In this document: positions 1-12,790 of the stretch, piece after piece
How positions within the stretch are numbered: the first letter of the stretch is position 1
How the letters are laid out: every line of letters starts with the position of its first letter
DNA from: Octopus sinensis
Lineage: Eukaryota
DNA length: 64,000 bases
Direction of reading: 5' to 3'
NCBI RefSeq assembly: GCF_006345805.1
Contig: NC_043002.1
Location: 44,392,001 to 44,456,000 of the forward strand
Notes under the pieces: model-generated
Seen by the model: the letters and a program-made list of their open reading frames with translations, nothing else
Databases searched by the model: none
Told to the model about the DNA's origin: nothing
Translations under genes and position numbers: made by a program

Positions 1-77
<77 letters not shown>

Positions 78-78
78 T
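1..78 (+). repeat. (TAGA)n microsatellite
   Basis: Near-perfect TAGA tandem run at the window start. Confidence 0.95.
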
Positions 79-569
79 TCAAATATAACTTATCTGTTTG
101 ATGAAATGTAAAGGTCTATTCTATTCTAATCGCACATATATTTGGTTTTTATTTAACTCTGTCTTATAATCGGTGTATTCTATTTTATTTTATTTTATTT
201 ATTTCATATTTTGATTCCTTATTAATTTATCCTTGTATACTTTATTTTATTATATGAGAAAAAGATGTTTATCATTATATCTCAGTTTATCATACAAATA
301 AGCAAATCAGAAAATCAAAAACGGGGTTCTTTTGAAATGTCACCTAAGGGGATGCATCTGCAGCTATGATGCGTTACAGTTAATTGCACAGCATTTCATC
401 TGTAAAGTATGGTTGCATGGTGAGTCGGAATGATCCTAATGGTTCTAATTAAAGACTCGCGTGAATTCTATTTTCTGTCACAAATATATTTTATATATCA
501 GAGATAGATATATTGATGCACGTACATATACATATACTTATATAGATTTGCATATAAATCACAGACACA

Positions 570-870
570 CACATTATATATCACGGGATCACGTGACCGA
601 CCAGGCTATCAGATGTTGCTACACATCTCTGGTCACAATGCGCCTCGCATTGTTTTAGCCTTCAAATGACGCCACCCCGCCGGCCAAGCGAGCAGGCCTA
701 CAGAAGAAAGAGTGAGAGAACATTGTGGCGAAATAGTACAGCAGGGATCGCCACCACCCACTGCCGGAGTCTCGTGGAGCTTTAGGTGTTTTCGCTCAAA
801 AAACACTCATAACGCCCGGTCTGAGAATCGAAACCGCGATCCTACGACCGCAAGTCCACTGCCCTAACCA
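570..870 (-). mobile_element. tRNA-derived SINE (family D in this report)
   Basis: Minus strand starts TGGTTAGGGCAGTGGACTTGCGGTCGTAGGATCGCGGTTTCGATTC, with A-box/B-box-like pol III motifs. The same head recurs at 43733. Confidence 0.8.
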
Positions 871-937
871 TGTATATATATATATATATATATATATACG
901 AAAGAATGTTTGAAAATGCAATTTAAAAGATGTTTAT

Positions 938-982
938 TTACTTAACCGGTTTCACTCTTTGGAAAAAGATTGTCAAAAGTAA
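938..982 (-). ncRNA. Minimal type I hammerhead ribozyme motif, U3:A8 core variant
   Basis: Minus strand: UUACUU-UUGACAA-(stem II, about 5 bp)-GAAA-C-CG-GUU-AAGUAA. Stem I is a perfect 6 bp and stem III is the palindromic ACCGGU. Confidence 0.6.
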
Positions 983-1281
983 CATATGGAAGTTTGGTTG
1001 CGTTAATTATTGGTTGTTGCAAATTGCCACATTACATGTATATATACAGTCTTTGGTAACAGGGACATGTTAAGGACATACAAAAGTACAACAGTATGAT
1101 GAGAATATTTGAAAAAATGGGCAGAAAAGATTAAAACAAATATATTATACCTCTCAGGGTAATTTCCAGGAGGAATTATCAAAAAAAGTTCAGTACAGAA
1201 TATTATGAATTCAAAAAAATTTACATTAAGATTTACATTAATGTAGTGGCGAGGTTGTTTACTGACCTGTCCGTTTTAGCA

Positions 1282-1336
<55 letters not shown>

Positions 1337-1789
1337 ATATATTTACCACACAGAGGGAACAAACAAGGACAAAGGGATTGAGTCGATTACATCGACCCCA
1401 GTGCGTAACTGGTACTTAATGTATTGGCCCCTATACATATATATATAATTACATACGTGTTAATACTAAAAACGTCACGACTGTGTTCCGTAAAACATTT
1501 CTCTGTGTTGGTAAAATGTCTAGATTGATATACTCCCAAACGGGTTATTTTGCCTCAAAATTCATCCAATACATTTCTGGTCCTCGGAACTCCAAATACT
1601 GAAAAAGCGTTGTGAAATATTTCACACGCTAGTATTTCGCACACTCACTGATGCACCAGAAAATATGCTCACGGTACACCAGCAAATATACAGTAAGGGG
1701 GAAATGAAGTAGAAAGAGCGAAAGCACGTCAATTTAATCTGGTTGGATTAAAAAAAGACAGTAACAATATACACATATTTTTCTATCAT

Positions 1790-2213
1790 ATACTCTTTAC
1801 TCTTTTATTCTTTTACTTGTTTCAGTCATTTGACTGCGCCATGCTGGAGCACCGGCTTTGGTCGAGCAAATCGATCCTGAGACTTATTCTTTGTAAGCCC
1901 AGTACTTATTCTATCGGTCTCTTTTGCCGAACCGCTAAGTGACGGGGACGTAAACATACCAGCACCGGTTGTCAAACAATGCTAGATGGACAAACACAGA
2001 CACACAAACATATACACACACATACATATATATATATATACATACATATATACGACAGGCTTCTTTCAGTTTCCGTCTACCAAATCCACTCACAAGGCTT
2101 TGGTCGGCCTGAGGCCATAGCAGAAGACACTTGCCCAAGATGCCACAAGATGACAGAACCCGGAACCATGTGGTTGGTTAGCAAGCTACTTACCACACAG
2201 CCACTCCTGCGCC
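1790..2213 (-). mobile_element. tRNA-derived CORE-like SINE (family A), near full length
   Basis: Head GGCGCAGGAGTGGCTGTGTGGTAAGTAGC, CORE-like TTGGGCAAGTGTCTT, tail CCAGCATGGC-GCAGTCAAATGACTGAAACAAGTAAAAG. Nearly the same sequence occurs at 9801-10197. Confidence 0.9.
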
Positions 2214-2934
2214 AATATCTGAAATCTTTTGAACAAATCCTGGTATTTGTTTTACTATCCGTAATATTTTTTAAATAAAAAATAACGGCACTTGGTTATC
2301 AATTCAGAGCGAAAGTATGAACTTGGTTAGAAATACCCTTTTTTCCCTTTAGAAATAACCTTTTTTTTTTTTTTCCTTAAGCAAAAATACGAAATCGCTT
2401 TAATGAGGTAAAAGTGAAAGTGATTTTTATGGGGTGATATTTTAATGTTCACTACTGCATACGCGTAACAATACATGAGCTGAATGATTTGCACAAACAG
2501 TTTTACGTGGAAAGAGATTTACATATAGCAATTTGAATCTACAATGTAATTTCAATGTCCAGTCAGTGCAGTATCATTTCAAATATTAGTTGTTTTCTTA
2601 TTCAAATTCAAATCCTGCCTCATGCCGTTGTGTAACACATTGACTTCTTTCACTGCGTTATTCCTTCAAATTTGTATTTGCCGAGGCTAGAAATGAATAT
2701 TTAATATGCGAATACGGGTGCTCTGCGGGAAACAAAAACATTATAGCACAGCACTTAAAATTCTTTAGGTTAGATTAATATCACATTAATTTATCTCTTA
2801 AGGCGGCGAGCTGGCACAAACGTTAGCACGCTGCGGTTTATTTATCTTGGCAAGAATTTGGTTAGTAATCGTTATTATTTATTGTTATTGTTGCCATTTA
2901 TTGTTAAACTTTGAATTTTTCTTATTGTTCTACG

Positions 2935-5900
2935 TTCTGTTTTAACAGACGTTGTGGACTGTTGTTCCCCTCCTTACGGAGGGGAAAATATTTTTTGAAA
3001 TAAATTTTGGAAAAAATATATGGGAAAATATATATTTTTGTGATAATGAATTCGGAGGACAAGTCTTCTAACCCTGACCAAGCTAACCAAAAAGCAACTG
3101 TAAAACAAGACAAAATGAACGAAAATGTAAACGAAAACCACATAAATGCAGTAAACGGAAAAAGGAACGAAGAAGGAGAAAATAAATGCTGAAAACGATA
3201 AAATGTATAACGGAAAAATAAACCCAACACAAGGCAACAAAGAGAAGATTAATTTTACTACCGCAGATGGTGTGAGAAAAGATAAATTGAACATAGAGCT
3301 AGATTCGCTGCGACAACACGGAGGTATGTTCGAAAGGGAAGGTTTTGATGTTAAAGCCACCCTCCCTAACGAACTTATCGAAGAAACAAAGAGAAAAATA
3401 ATAACATATAAGACAATGATAATAAAAGACAAAAAATAGACGAGGCATCCAAAGAATAAATCGAGAAATGTCTACAACCCATCTGGCAAGACATTGAGAT
3501 CTTGACCTGTGGGAGAAGATACGCCACAGTAGTGGCGTACTTCAAAAATGAGGAAAATGCAATAAAACACTCGCCCCAACCGATAAAAAACCAATGAAGT
3601 CATTTCATTACCAACTTATATGGGTAGGAGAACACCCAAAATAGTTATTGGGGAAATCCTTCCAGAAATAAATGTCATCTGGATTATCTCAGCCCTTCTA
3701 ATGGGATTTGAGGATCAAATCAAGATTCTTGTAGCTTCCAGAATACAACAACAGAACTGGCGAGGTCAAGGGCTTGAGATCATAATCCAAACGGCCCCTC
3801 AGACATAAAAAGAAATTGCTTAGAACATCCACACCAGAGAAGAAACCAACTTGCGGTTAAATGATGGGGGCAGCAAACCCAGATGCTCCGAATGTGGTGC
3901 AAAAGGCCACATTCGGGTAAACCGCAAGGAGAAAGAGGAAGAGGAAAAAAGAACAAAACCAAAAGACCGACCAGCAGAACCCCGGCACTGATGGTGTTCA
4001 ACAAGCCGGAGAAAAAGACGGTTGGTCGGTAGTAAGAGCAAAAAAAAAGGAAAAATAATTACAACGAACCTAAACTTGCAACAATTAAAAGAAAACCCCG
4101 GGACACTCAAAGAAAAATTACACCACCCCACCACTATTCCCTCCAAAAGTCAACGATATAAGATTACTCGCTATCCTATTCACACCTCCCCTCGGCGATA
4201 AGTCCCCCACTTGCTCCTCTAGTTCGGATTTCCCTCCTCTCTCACACATCACACTCCACTCTCCAAGCCCAGGCAATCTGTCCACGATATCAGGTCCAAG
4301 AAAATCTAATGAATATAAGGAAATAATGACTGCAATAAACAATGATAACGAACAATTGAAAAACAATTAAGGCAAATATCAACGCCGTCAATTTACAAGC
4401 ATCACCGTAAGACTCCAGAAAATATTGCCATTTATAAAATAGATAAAATGAACTATAACATCTTAAAAACTAACACCCAACTGACATGGCTCCTCCAAGA
4501 CTTGATTTTAACAAGTCGATGTACAAGGACCTATGTCAGAATACCACCCCAAGAACCAGTGAAAAAGAGAGTACCACTGACTAAGGTATGTCCATGTCAA
4601 GCATTCACGTTGGATGTATAAATGTGCGTGGCCTAACGTCTAGTTGGGAGCAAGAATGCCTCTTAAATGACGTCAGGTCACGGGATTTAGATGTTGTTGC
4701 TACAGAAACCCGGTTGAAGGGTCCAAGAGATCTTCTCCGCTGTTTGACGGTTACAAGATGCCAAGATAAGTAGATGGCTTGTATTCATGTAGGTTGTTTG
4801 AATGTGCGTGGCCTGATGTCAAGCTGGAAGCAAGGTCGCTTCCTTAATGACATCAAGTCGCGTGATTTGTATGTCATTGTTTCTACGGAAACCCGGTTAA
4901 GGAGATCAAGAGATCTCCTGCTATTTGATGGCTACGAGAGTTTTTCTCTCCGTGTTGTCCTACTGGCGGGAGTGGGGTGTTGGTACTGTTAAAAAGAAAC
5001 CAGGTTTCTGAGAAAAATTATTTTTTTCAGATCCAGAAGGTAGGCTGCTCGGCGTGCACCTGAGGCTCAGCCGTGGTAAGATTATCAGACTGGTTGCAAT
5101 TTATGCACCCACTGAAAACGGGCAAAGTGGGTATTTTCGGAACCTGGAGAAGTTTCTCAGTACATCACATTCTCTAGTTGTGCTAGGAGATTATAACACA
5201 ATCTGCAACACATGCGTAGATTATGCTGGCTCGTGTTCTGATAGAAGAGGTAATCCTTGCTTCCTGGAACTGCTAAGCCGCTTTGAGCTAGTAGATACTT
5301 ATAGGCTGGAAATTCCGAACGCTCCATTGTGGACATGGTCAAACAGCGATGGATCATCCAGGTCATACCTAGATAGGGTGTTAGTTAGGAAAGCAGATAA
5401 GGATATTGTTAGGTGTCCATAGTTTTTTCCGCTCAGCTACAGTGATCACCTGTACGCTCGACATAGATAAGTTATATAATAGGGGGTCCGGCTACTGGAA
5501 ACTTAATACGTCCCTTTTGGCGATTAAGGAGTACAGAGACCGGATTAAGTAATTGATTCAGAGGACATTAACCGGATCCATTATTAATAACAAATGGCGG
5601 TATGCCCTCAAGCAAGCCATTAAATTTGTGTCTATTAGATATAGCATAGGGTTAGTGGCTAGAGAGACTAGGAAGGGATTATCATTAGCTTATGACTTAG
5701 AGAAAGTAATGGAATCTGGCTCTGCAGGTCAGGTGACGGCCAAGAGACTGGCGTTAAATTAGCACCTCAAAGCCCAACATATGGATTGCATTGTCAGAAC
5801 TAGGATTCGTATAATGGGTTGTGAATGAATCAAGGCCGCAGGATGGGTCCGGGTGATGGAAGCCCAACTTGGCAACGATGGCACAATTCGATCTTTGACG

Positions 5901-7035
5901 AATCAAGGAGGTAAGTTGATAGACAATCCCCAGGAGATGTGTGAGGTCTTGCAGGAGCAAATTGCCCAGTTTTTCGGGGGAGTGCAGACATTAGGAGGGA
6001 CCTAACGGACTTCTTCGCCGGGCTGCTGCGCCTCTCGGGGCAGGATGTGGAGTGTTGTAAAGGGCCGATCACGCCTGAGGAGGTAATTGAGGCTATGGCG
6101 GATTACGTCACAGGTAGGGCGCCGGGACTGGATGATTTATCCTATGAACTGTATAAGAGTATGCCAGACTTGTTCGGGCACCTGCTGGCGGATGTCTACG
6201 CGAACTGGCAATTCCGAGATTGATAATTGCATTGATAATTTTTGGCCCATCACTCTGCTAAACACAGAGCTGAAGATTTGGGCCAAAGTGTTATCGAAAA
6301 GACTGGCGTGTATCGTGAATGGCTTGATTGGAAGGCACATGCATGTGCCGTTCTCAGTAGAACCATTCAGGATAATCTCCATCTTCTGTACACCGTAGAG
6401 GGGTTTAATAATGATTCTAGCAAGGGAGGGGCAGTGGTCCATTTACACTAATCAAAGGCTTTTGATAGAGTTGACCATCTTTACCTGGTGTCCGTTCTGA
6501 CACAGTTCGACCTGGGTCTTGGCTCCTTAGGTGGATCTTTGAAATTTATCTCAACATCGAGACGGTAGCAGGCGCAGAGGTTAATCATGAATAGTCAGGC
6601 GGCTTGCAGCTCGGCACCTGGAGAGACACGTCGATACCTCCTGACAGCGTCGTGGGACGTTGGACGGAGGGTCCGATTAAGTTGCTCGGAGTCTGGTTTG
6701 GACCAGGCCTCCAAATAGAGAAAAACTGGGCCGAGGTAGCGAGCAGGGTGGCCCGCTTAGTCAAGACCAGGTCTTGGCGGTTGCTATGCCTGAGAGGGAG
6801 GTCGGAGGTGGCCAATGTGTTCATCGCATCGGTCATAACATACCGCCTAACTGCCGTTTCCTGCCCTGATTCGTGGTTGATGAAGCTGAAAAGACAGCTC
6901 TTCCGCTTCTTGTGGAAGGCCTCGAAACCGCTTGTGAGACGCTCTATTTGCTGCCAACAACAGTTAAAGGGTGGGCTAAAGGTACCTTCGCTGATGATGC
7001 ACAGGCACGCGCTGAAGTTGAGGCACTTGTGACGA
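2935..7035 (+). mobile_element. Degenerate Tx1/L1-clade non-LTR retrotransposon (ORF1 + ORF2 remnants)
   Basis: ORF1 zinc knuckle CSECGAKGHIRVNR at 3884-3925. Endonuclease motifs LNVRGL..ETRL, IYAPT, VLGDYN, YLDRV, YSDH; GYWKLNTSLL; RT motifs APGLD, PITLLNTELK, SKAFDRVDH; C-terminal IKLLGVWF and FRFLW..GGL. Many stops and frameshifts. Confidence 0.9.
4588..7032 (+). pseudogene. Tx1-like ORF2 (APE endonuclease + reverse transcriptase) pseudogene
   Basis: Pieced from track ORFs 4774-4992, 5054-5422, 6087-6451 and 6604-7032. The RT catalytic segment appears deleted near 6530-6600. Confidence 0.85.
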
Positions 7036-7039
7036 TACC

Positions 7040-7610
7040 TTGGGGGAAGCCCTTGGTCTCGATGATAATCAGCTGGCCAGTCTGTTACAACTTAGATTCA
7101 GGCCGACAGTTTTTACAATTATTGGACTTAATTGTCCATTACAAATAATAACATGCAATAACATACAATAAAATATTCAATATACAATCAACACTAGTCC
7201 ATTTACAAATGAGGTGCTGAATCTCTTACACTTTATAACACTGAGGCTTTTCAACCTCTTGTCAATTTTCCACCTCATCATCGCTTGTGTCCGTGTACTC
7301 TACCATCGCCCATGCTTTAAAATCAAGGCGGACTCCGAGTTGGCATCACCTGGCCACGAACGATATTCCTCTTTTATTCACTCCAGCCTATGTTACACGC
7401 GCAACGTTATGACCTCCACAGCTATATGCGGAGGCTATTCGGGATCCCGTGTGAAGGCCAAAGGTACTCCCTCGTAGTATTCTTCCACCATCTTTTCCAC
7501 CTCTATAAAAGACTAACGGTTCTTCATCCTCCAGGTCCGAGGAGGTCAATTCTACCGTTGGCGGCACAATTTCCGATTAGGAGAGATGATTTCGATACCT
7601 GATAATAAAT
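7040..7610 (-). mobile_element. Possible 3' fragment of a second LINE, inverted relative to the Tx1 element
   Basis: GC-richer block with a stop-interrupted minus frame (…IKEEYRSW…AMMRWKIDKRLKSL…KW) followed by an AT-rich UTR-like tail. Family not firmly recognised. Confidence 0.3.
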
Positions 7611-8461
7611 ATTTCTTAAGCATGATCTAAATCACTCTCACTTCATTATTTTTAAAACCATGATAAAACCAACACATCAAAGTTTGTAAATCAAACAAAA
7701 CATTCTACTCAAACGACAGTTGCAACTAACAGAAACTGACAAACTTTAAGAACTTACTCTATATATTTGCTGCTGTACGTTAGCAGGTTTGTTTGGTGCT
7801 ATAGGTACAGTCAGTGTTGAATGTACAAGTTATTTATCAGCGGAAAGAAAATAGAAGTAGAGAATTATTGACTTACTACAGAACTTCGACAAATATTTTT
7901 TTTTAAATCTCTTTCTCAAATAGACCAATTTTCTGAAAGTGCATTTTACTATAAGCTCTTGATCAGTAATGCGAATTCTATATCTTGGCAAAGTCCTGGA
8001 ACAAGAAATATCATTAGCTGAACGATATGAGTGTATAGTCACAATAGTTCTCATTAAAATATTGCCTATAGCTGCAGACATAATACTGTGTGTCAACAGA
8101 CTTAGTGCATCGACAGTGTTTGGAATTGTTTCCTACTTAAAACATCCTCTGAACATACCAACCAAACCGACTTTACAAGATTGCTTTCTTATTTATTCCT
8201 GTAATTATTATAAGTTCAATTATTAGATAAATTTTTATTGTCTTGGTATATGAAATTATATTCGCCTAAACTCAACAATTTAGTATTCTCAGAAGAAATA
8301 ATCTTTTTTTCATGCTCTTATATCAATCATTTTAAAACAATGATTTACATAATACTATAAATTTCTAATAACTTATCATTTTAATATAACTGAAATGCAT
8401 ATTTTATATGAAATAAATATGAAGAAAATGCTATTTGATAAAAATTGTTTAGTCGCTGTTA

Positions 8462-9739
8462 CGAGGGACGATCAATAAGTAATGCCCCTGACCCACTTGC
8501 AGTTGTTTTATCTAGCTGAGATTTTGCATGTGCAATTATTTATATCTCTATAGATGAAGTGGAAAATTACAGCTCTGAACTAATTGTGGTTTCTGATTTA
8601 CAGGTGTTTGAACTGAGTCAAGTGTGAAATGGAGCCTGTTGAGTGTCGAGCAGTGATCCGGTTTTTGTATTTGAAAGGACGCACACCACGGGAGACTTTT
8701 GATGAAATGAAAGTAACTTATGGTGATGATGCTCCATCATATGACCTTGTAAAACGCTGGCATCGTGAATTCAAACATGGTCGGAACTCTGTTGAAACAG
8801 CTCCCAGATCTGGTCGCCCCCCTTCTGCCATTGATGAGGCATCTGTCCGTGAAGTTGAGGCTGCCATTTTGGAAGATCGACGCATAACTATTCGCCAAAT
8901 AGCCCATGAGGTCAAGATTAGTACCGGGTCTGTGGAAACTATCATTCATGACCATTTGCATATGCAAAAAAGGATTCCCAGGCTGCTCACACCTTTCCAG
9001 AAGCAAGAACGCGTCGAGTGCTCGAGGATGAATTGGAGATGTGCCAAGAAGATGAGTCAAAATTTTTCAAAAGTCTGATTACACAGGATGAAACCTGGGT
9101 CCATCACTATGATCCAGAGACCAAAGCCCAGTCAATGCAGTAGAAGCACCGTGACTCACCTTCTCCAAAGAAGGCAAGGGTGCAGCCCTCCGCTGGCAAA
9201 GTCATGCTCACAGTCTTCTGGGACCAGGACGGTGTAGTGATGACAGATTTCCTGGCAAAGGGTACCACAATTACAGGAGCCTATTATGCTTCACTTTTGA
9301 GGAAATTAAGAGAAGCTATCAAAATCAAGAGGCGGGGCAAGATCAGCAAAGGCATCCTCCTCCTGCAGAACAACGCTACGGTCCACAACTCGCGTGTCAC
9401 CAGATCAGAAGCAGAGACGTGCGGCTATGAACTCCTCCCCCATCCCCCTACTCTCCTGATCTTGCACCCTCTGATTTTCACATCTTCCCAGCCATGATGT
9501 TGTTTTTGAAGGAAAGCGTTTCCCAGATGATGCAGCCTTGATTTCTGAAGTCACGTCGTGGTTGGAGGACCAAGCTGGGGTCTTCTACAAAACCGGTCTC
9601 CAGAGCTGCATCAAACGATGGGAGAAATGCGTATCTCTGGGTGGTTCCTATGTAGAAAAAGACTAATAACTGTGACAAGTTTCGTTGCTCTAGTGCTATG
9701 GGAAGTGGGTCAGGGGCATTACTTATTGAACGCCCCCCG
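8462..9739 (+). mobile_element. Full-length mariner (DD34D) DNA transposon, irritans-like
   Basis: About 37-bp TIRs (CGAGGGACGATCAATAAGTAATGCCCCTGACCCACTT and its near reverse complement at 9703-9739), TA on both sides, 1278 bp long. Confidence 0.95.
8629..9666 (+). pseudogene. Mariner transposase pseudogene
   Basis: MEPVECRAVIRF…RSGRP, TQDETWVHHYDPE, PSAGKVMLTVFWD, LLQNNA (second catalytic D changed to N), HPPYSPDLAPSDF, WEKCV. Frameshifts and a stop are present. Confidence 0.92.
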
Positions 9740-9800
9740 TATTAATGTAAAAAATTTTATGTTATCTATTTCTCTATTCTTTTTTTTTTTTTTTTTTTTT

Positions 9801-10197
9801 CTTTTACTTGTTTCAGTCATTTGACTGCGGCCATGCTGGAGCACCGCCTTTAATCGAGCAAATCGACCCCGGGACTTATTCTTTGTAAGCCCAGTACTTA
9901 TTCTATCGGTCTCTTTTGCCGAACCGCTAAGTGACGGGGACATAACCACACCAGTATCGGTTGTCAAGCAATGCTAGGGGGACAAACACAGACACACAAA
10001 CATACACCCCCACATATATATATATACATATATACGACGGGCTTCTTTCAGTTTCCGTCTACCAAATCCACTCACAAGGCTTTGGTCGGCCCGAGGCTAT
10101 AGTAGAAAACACTTGCCCAAGGTGCCACGCAGTGGGACTGAACCCAGAACCATGTGGTTGGTAAGCAAGCTACTTACCACACAGCCACTCCTGCGCC
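9801..10197 (-). mobile_element. SINE family A, full length
   Basis: Same head, CORE-like box and tail as 1790-2213; abuts a poly(T) run. Confidence 0.92.
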
Positions 10198-10689
10198 TAT
10201 AATGATAAATTTTAAATAAATATGATGCAGTTGTATAAACTAGACGAGCAGAATCGCAGGTTCGAAGTATAGTTTGATGTCAGAGTTTCAAGTAAAAGTG
10301 ACAATGAAGTATAACGAATGTGGTGTATAGGTATAGAATATATCTTAGAGGATAGAGTAGAAATTTCATTCCGTATAATCTTATTTTAAAATACATAAAA
10401 TATATACCAATGAGTCTTATTTTAGTGTATTACGCCTAATAATGACATTCTAAGCAAAGTGCAGCAGAATAAAATAGTTCGGACTATGCATGTGAAGGAT
10501 TTTTTTAACGTTAAATACTAATTTTGGTCGTTAAACAGGCACGAGGTATATTTAAAGTTATTGAGAGTTTAGTAAAGGTTATCAATATATTTGTATTAGA
10601 AACGGTGATGGCTTCTTCCCCCAAAATAGATATAAAATATCAAGAAGGTATATTCTTCTCTATTTTAGGCACAAGGCCCGAAATTTTGG

Positions 10690-11005
10690 GGAAGGGGGCC
10701 ATTACTAGACTAGATCGATCCCAGTACACAACTGGTACTTAATTTATCGACCCCGAAAGGATGAAAGGCAATTTGAACACAGAACATAAAGACTGACGAA
10801 ATACCTATTTCTTTACTACCCACAAGGGGCTAAACGGATTAAGCCGATTATATCGACCCCAGTGCGTAACTGGTACTTATTTAATCGACCCCGAAAGGAT
10901 GAAAGGCAAAGTCGACCGCGGCGGAATTTGAACTCAGAACGTAGCTTTAGACGAATTACCGCTGAGCATTTCGCCCGGCGTTCTAACGTTTCTGCCAGTT
11001 CGCCG
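10690..11005 (-). mobile_element. tRNA-derived SINE (family B), dimeric internal structure
   Basis: Head GGCGAACTGGCAGAAACGTTAG…GAGTTCAAATTCC (B box); internal GGGGTCGATAAATTAAGTACCAG module present twice. Confidence 0.8.
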
Positions 11006-11589
11006 CGTTATGAAGTAGCCATATTGTCGGTATAATGGTTTTACTTGTTTGAATGAAAGTAGGTTAAAGGAGATGATAAGCTTTATCGTTAACACAAGTA
11101 TTTCCTAGGCGGAGAGGATACTGAAATAAATTGATGGCGTTTTGATGTGTGATAAGTGTAGCCCTTTACATGTAAAGATATATATATTTGTGTGAATTTA
11201 GTTTTAATGATTTATAGCAAAGGTTGAAAATAAAGATATGTTTAGTCAAGCAACTTAGTTTTAATGGCAGATAATTGGATATTTTCATTCCTAATGACGA
11301 GTATTTTGGGAAAATAGAGCTAAATGACGTCGAAGCGAATAGAAGGTTTTCATATCCTTACCCTGGGAACTATGTATAATTCTTCAAATTGTAAGTTATA
11401 ACATGTTTTTTACAGTCAGGTTATTAGATGAGCTAGGAATATAAATGAGGTTGGTGCATTTTTTGGAAAGTATTAAAAGATGCCTATGGAAAAACAAGGT
11501 TACGTTAGAAAAATGTTAGTTAAATGTTTAGCAGACTTTCTAGTAAGAAACCTCCTTACCAGCCATGTGGTTTTTGTTTCCATCTCAGT

Positions 11590-11915
11590 GCGTGATACTC
11601 CCACAAGCCTTGTGTGTGGATTTGTTAGACGGAAAACTGAAAGAAACTCGTCGCGCGCGCGCTTGTGTGTGTGCGTGCATGTGTGCGTATACGTGCATGT
11701 GCGAGTATGTGTATTTGCCCCCCCCCCCAATCACTACCACTTGTTAACCGGTTTTGGCTTGTTTACGTTCCCGTAAATAAGCGGTTCGGCAAAAAACAAT
11801 TGAGCAAGTTTCAGGTTTAAAAATAGATACGAGGGAGATCGATGTGTTCCGTTAAATTTTTCAAGGCGGTGCCCCAGCATGACCATGATCTAAATACTGG
11901 AGCAAGTAAAATAGA
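11590..11915 (+). mobile_element. Degenerate SINE family A fragment
   Basis: AAGCCTTGTGTGTGGATTTGTTAGACGGAAAACTGAAAGAA…GCGGTTCGGCAAAA…AAGGCGGTGCCCCAGCATG matches the family A body and tail. Confidence 0.7.
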
Positions 11916-12104
11916 AAAGATAACAGTTGCTTATTTAGATATATTGAGATCTTTGAAAAAATTCAAGTAATTTCTAGTTTTAACCTAGTCTAGATTTACA
12001 GATTCATTTGTTTTAATTAATGTTGAAAGTAATGTCAGTTTGTGGGTAGATTGTCATATATTGGTTTCAAATTTTGGCACAAGACCAACATTTTTCCAGG
12101 GAGA

Positions 12105-12640
12105 GTGTAAGTAGATTACATCGACCTCACTACTCGAACGATATTTATTTTATCGACCCTGAAAAGATGAAAAGCAAAGTCGACTTCGGCGGAATTTCAA
12201 CTCGGAACGTGAATACGGACAAAATACCTATTTCTTTACTCCCCACAAGGAGCTAAGCACAGAGAAGAAACAAGGACAGACAAACGGATTAAGTCGATTA
12301 CATCGACCCCTATGCGTAACTGGTACTTAATTTATCGACCCCGAAAGGATGAAAGGCAAAGTCGACCTCTGCGGAATTTGAACTCAGAACGTAGCTGCAG
12401 TCGAAATACCTATTTCTTTACTACCCACAAGGGGCTAAACACAGAGAGGACAAACAAGGACAGACAAACGGATTAAGTCGATTACATCGACCCCTATGCG
12501 TAACTGGTACTTAATTTATCGACCCCGAAAGGATGAAAGGCAAAGTCGACCTCGGCGGAATTTGAACTCAGAACGTAACGGCAGACGAAATACCGGTAAG
12601 CATTTCGCTCGGCGTGCTAAAGATTCTACTCGCTCGCTAA
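12105..12640 (-). mobile_element. SINE family B with three tandem ~183-bp modules
   Basis: GATTACATCGACC recurs at 12114, 12296 and 12480; each module carries the B-box-like GAGTTCAAATTCC on the minus strand. Confidence 0.85.
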
Positions 12641-12699
12641 CTTAGATTACCATATATAAAGATCTGCTATTGTGTACAACGTCACTTTTGTTAAAAAAA

Positions 12700-12790
12700 A
12701 ACCGGTAAACCCTCGACTATCGCGGGTGTTACGTTCCAAAACACCTCGCGATAGGTGAAAATCTACGAAGTAGAAACAGTACTAGTCTCA
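12700..12790 (+). mobile_element. Tigger/pogo-like TIR fragment
   Basis: GGTAAACCCTCGACTATCGCGGGTGTTACGTTCC…CGCGATAGGTGAAAATC resembles pogo-family termini; no partner TIR found. Confidence 0.4.

Noticed and set aside
311-419. Possible exon ending CATG|GTGAGT (KIKNGVLLKCHLRGCICSYDALQLIAQHFICKVWLH)
   Set aside because: Acceptor lacks a pyrimidine tract; no paralog, partner exon or recognisable domain.
7786-7806. GLFGAIG resemblance to a viral fusion peptide
   Set aside because: Seven residues in a stop-interrupted frame with no other viral features.
12105-12640. CRISPR-like periodicity
   Set aside because: Units are ~183-bp SINE modules without unique spacers; eukaryotic context and no cas genes.
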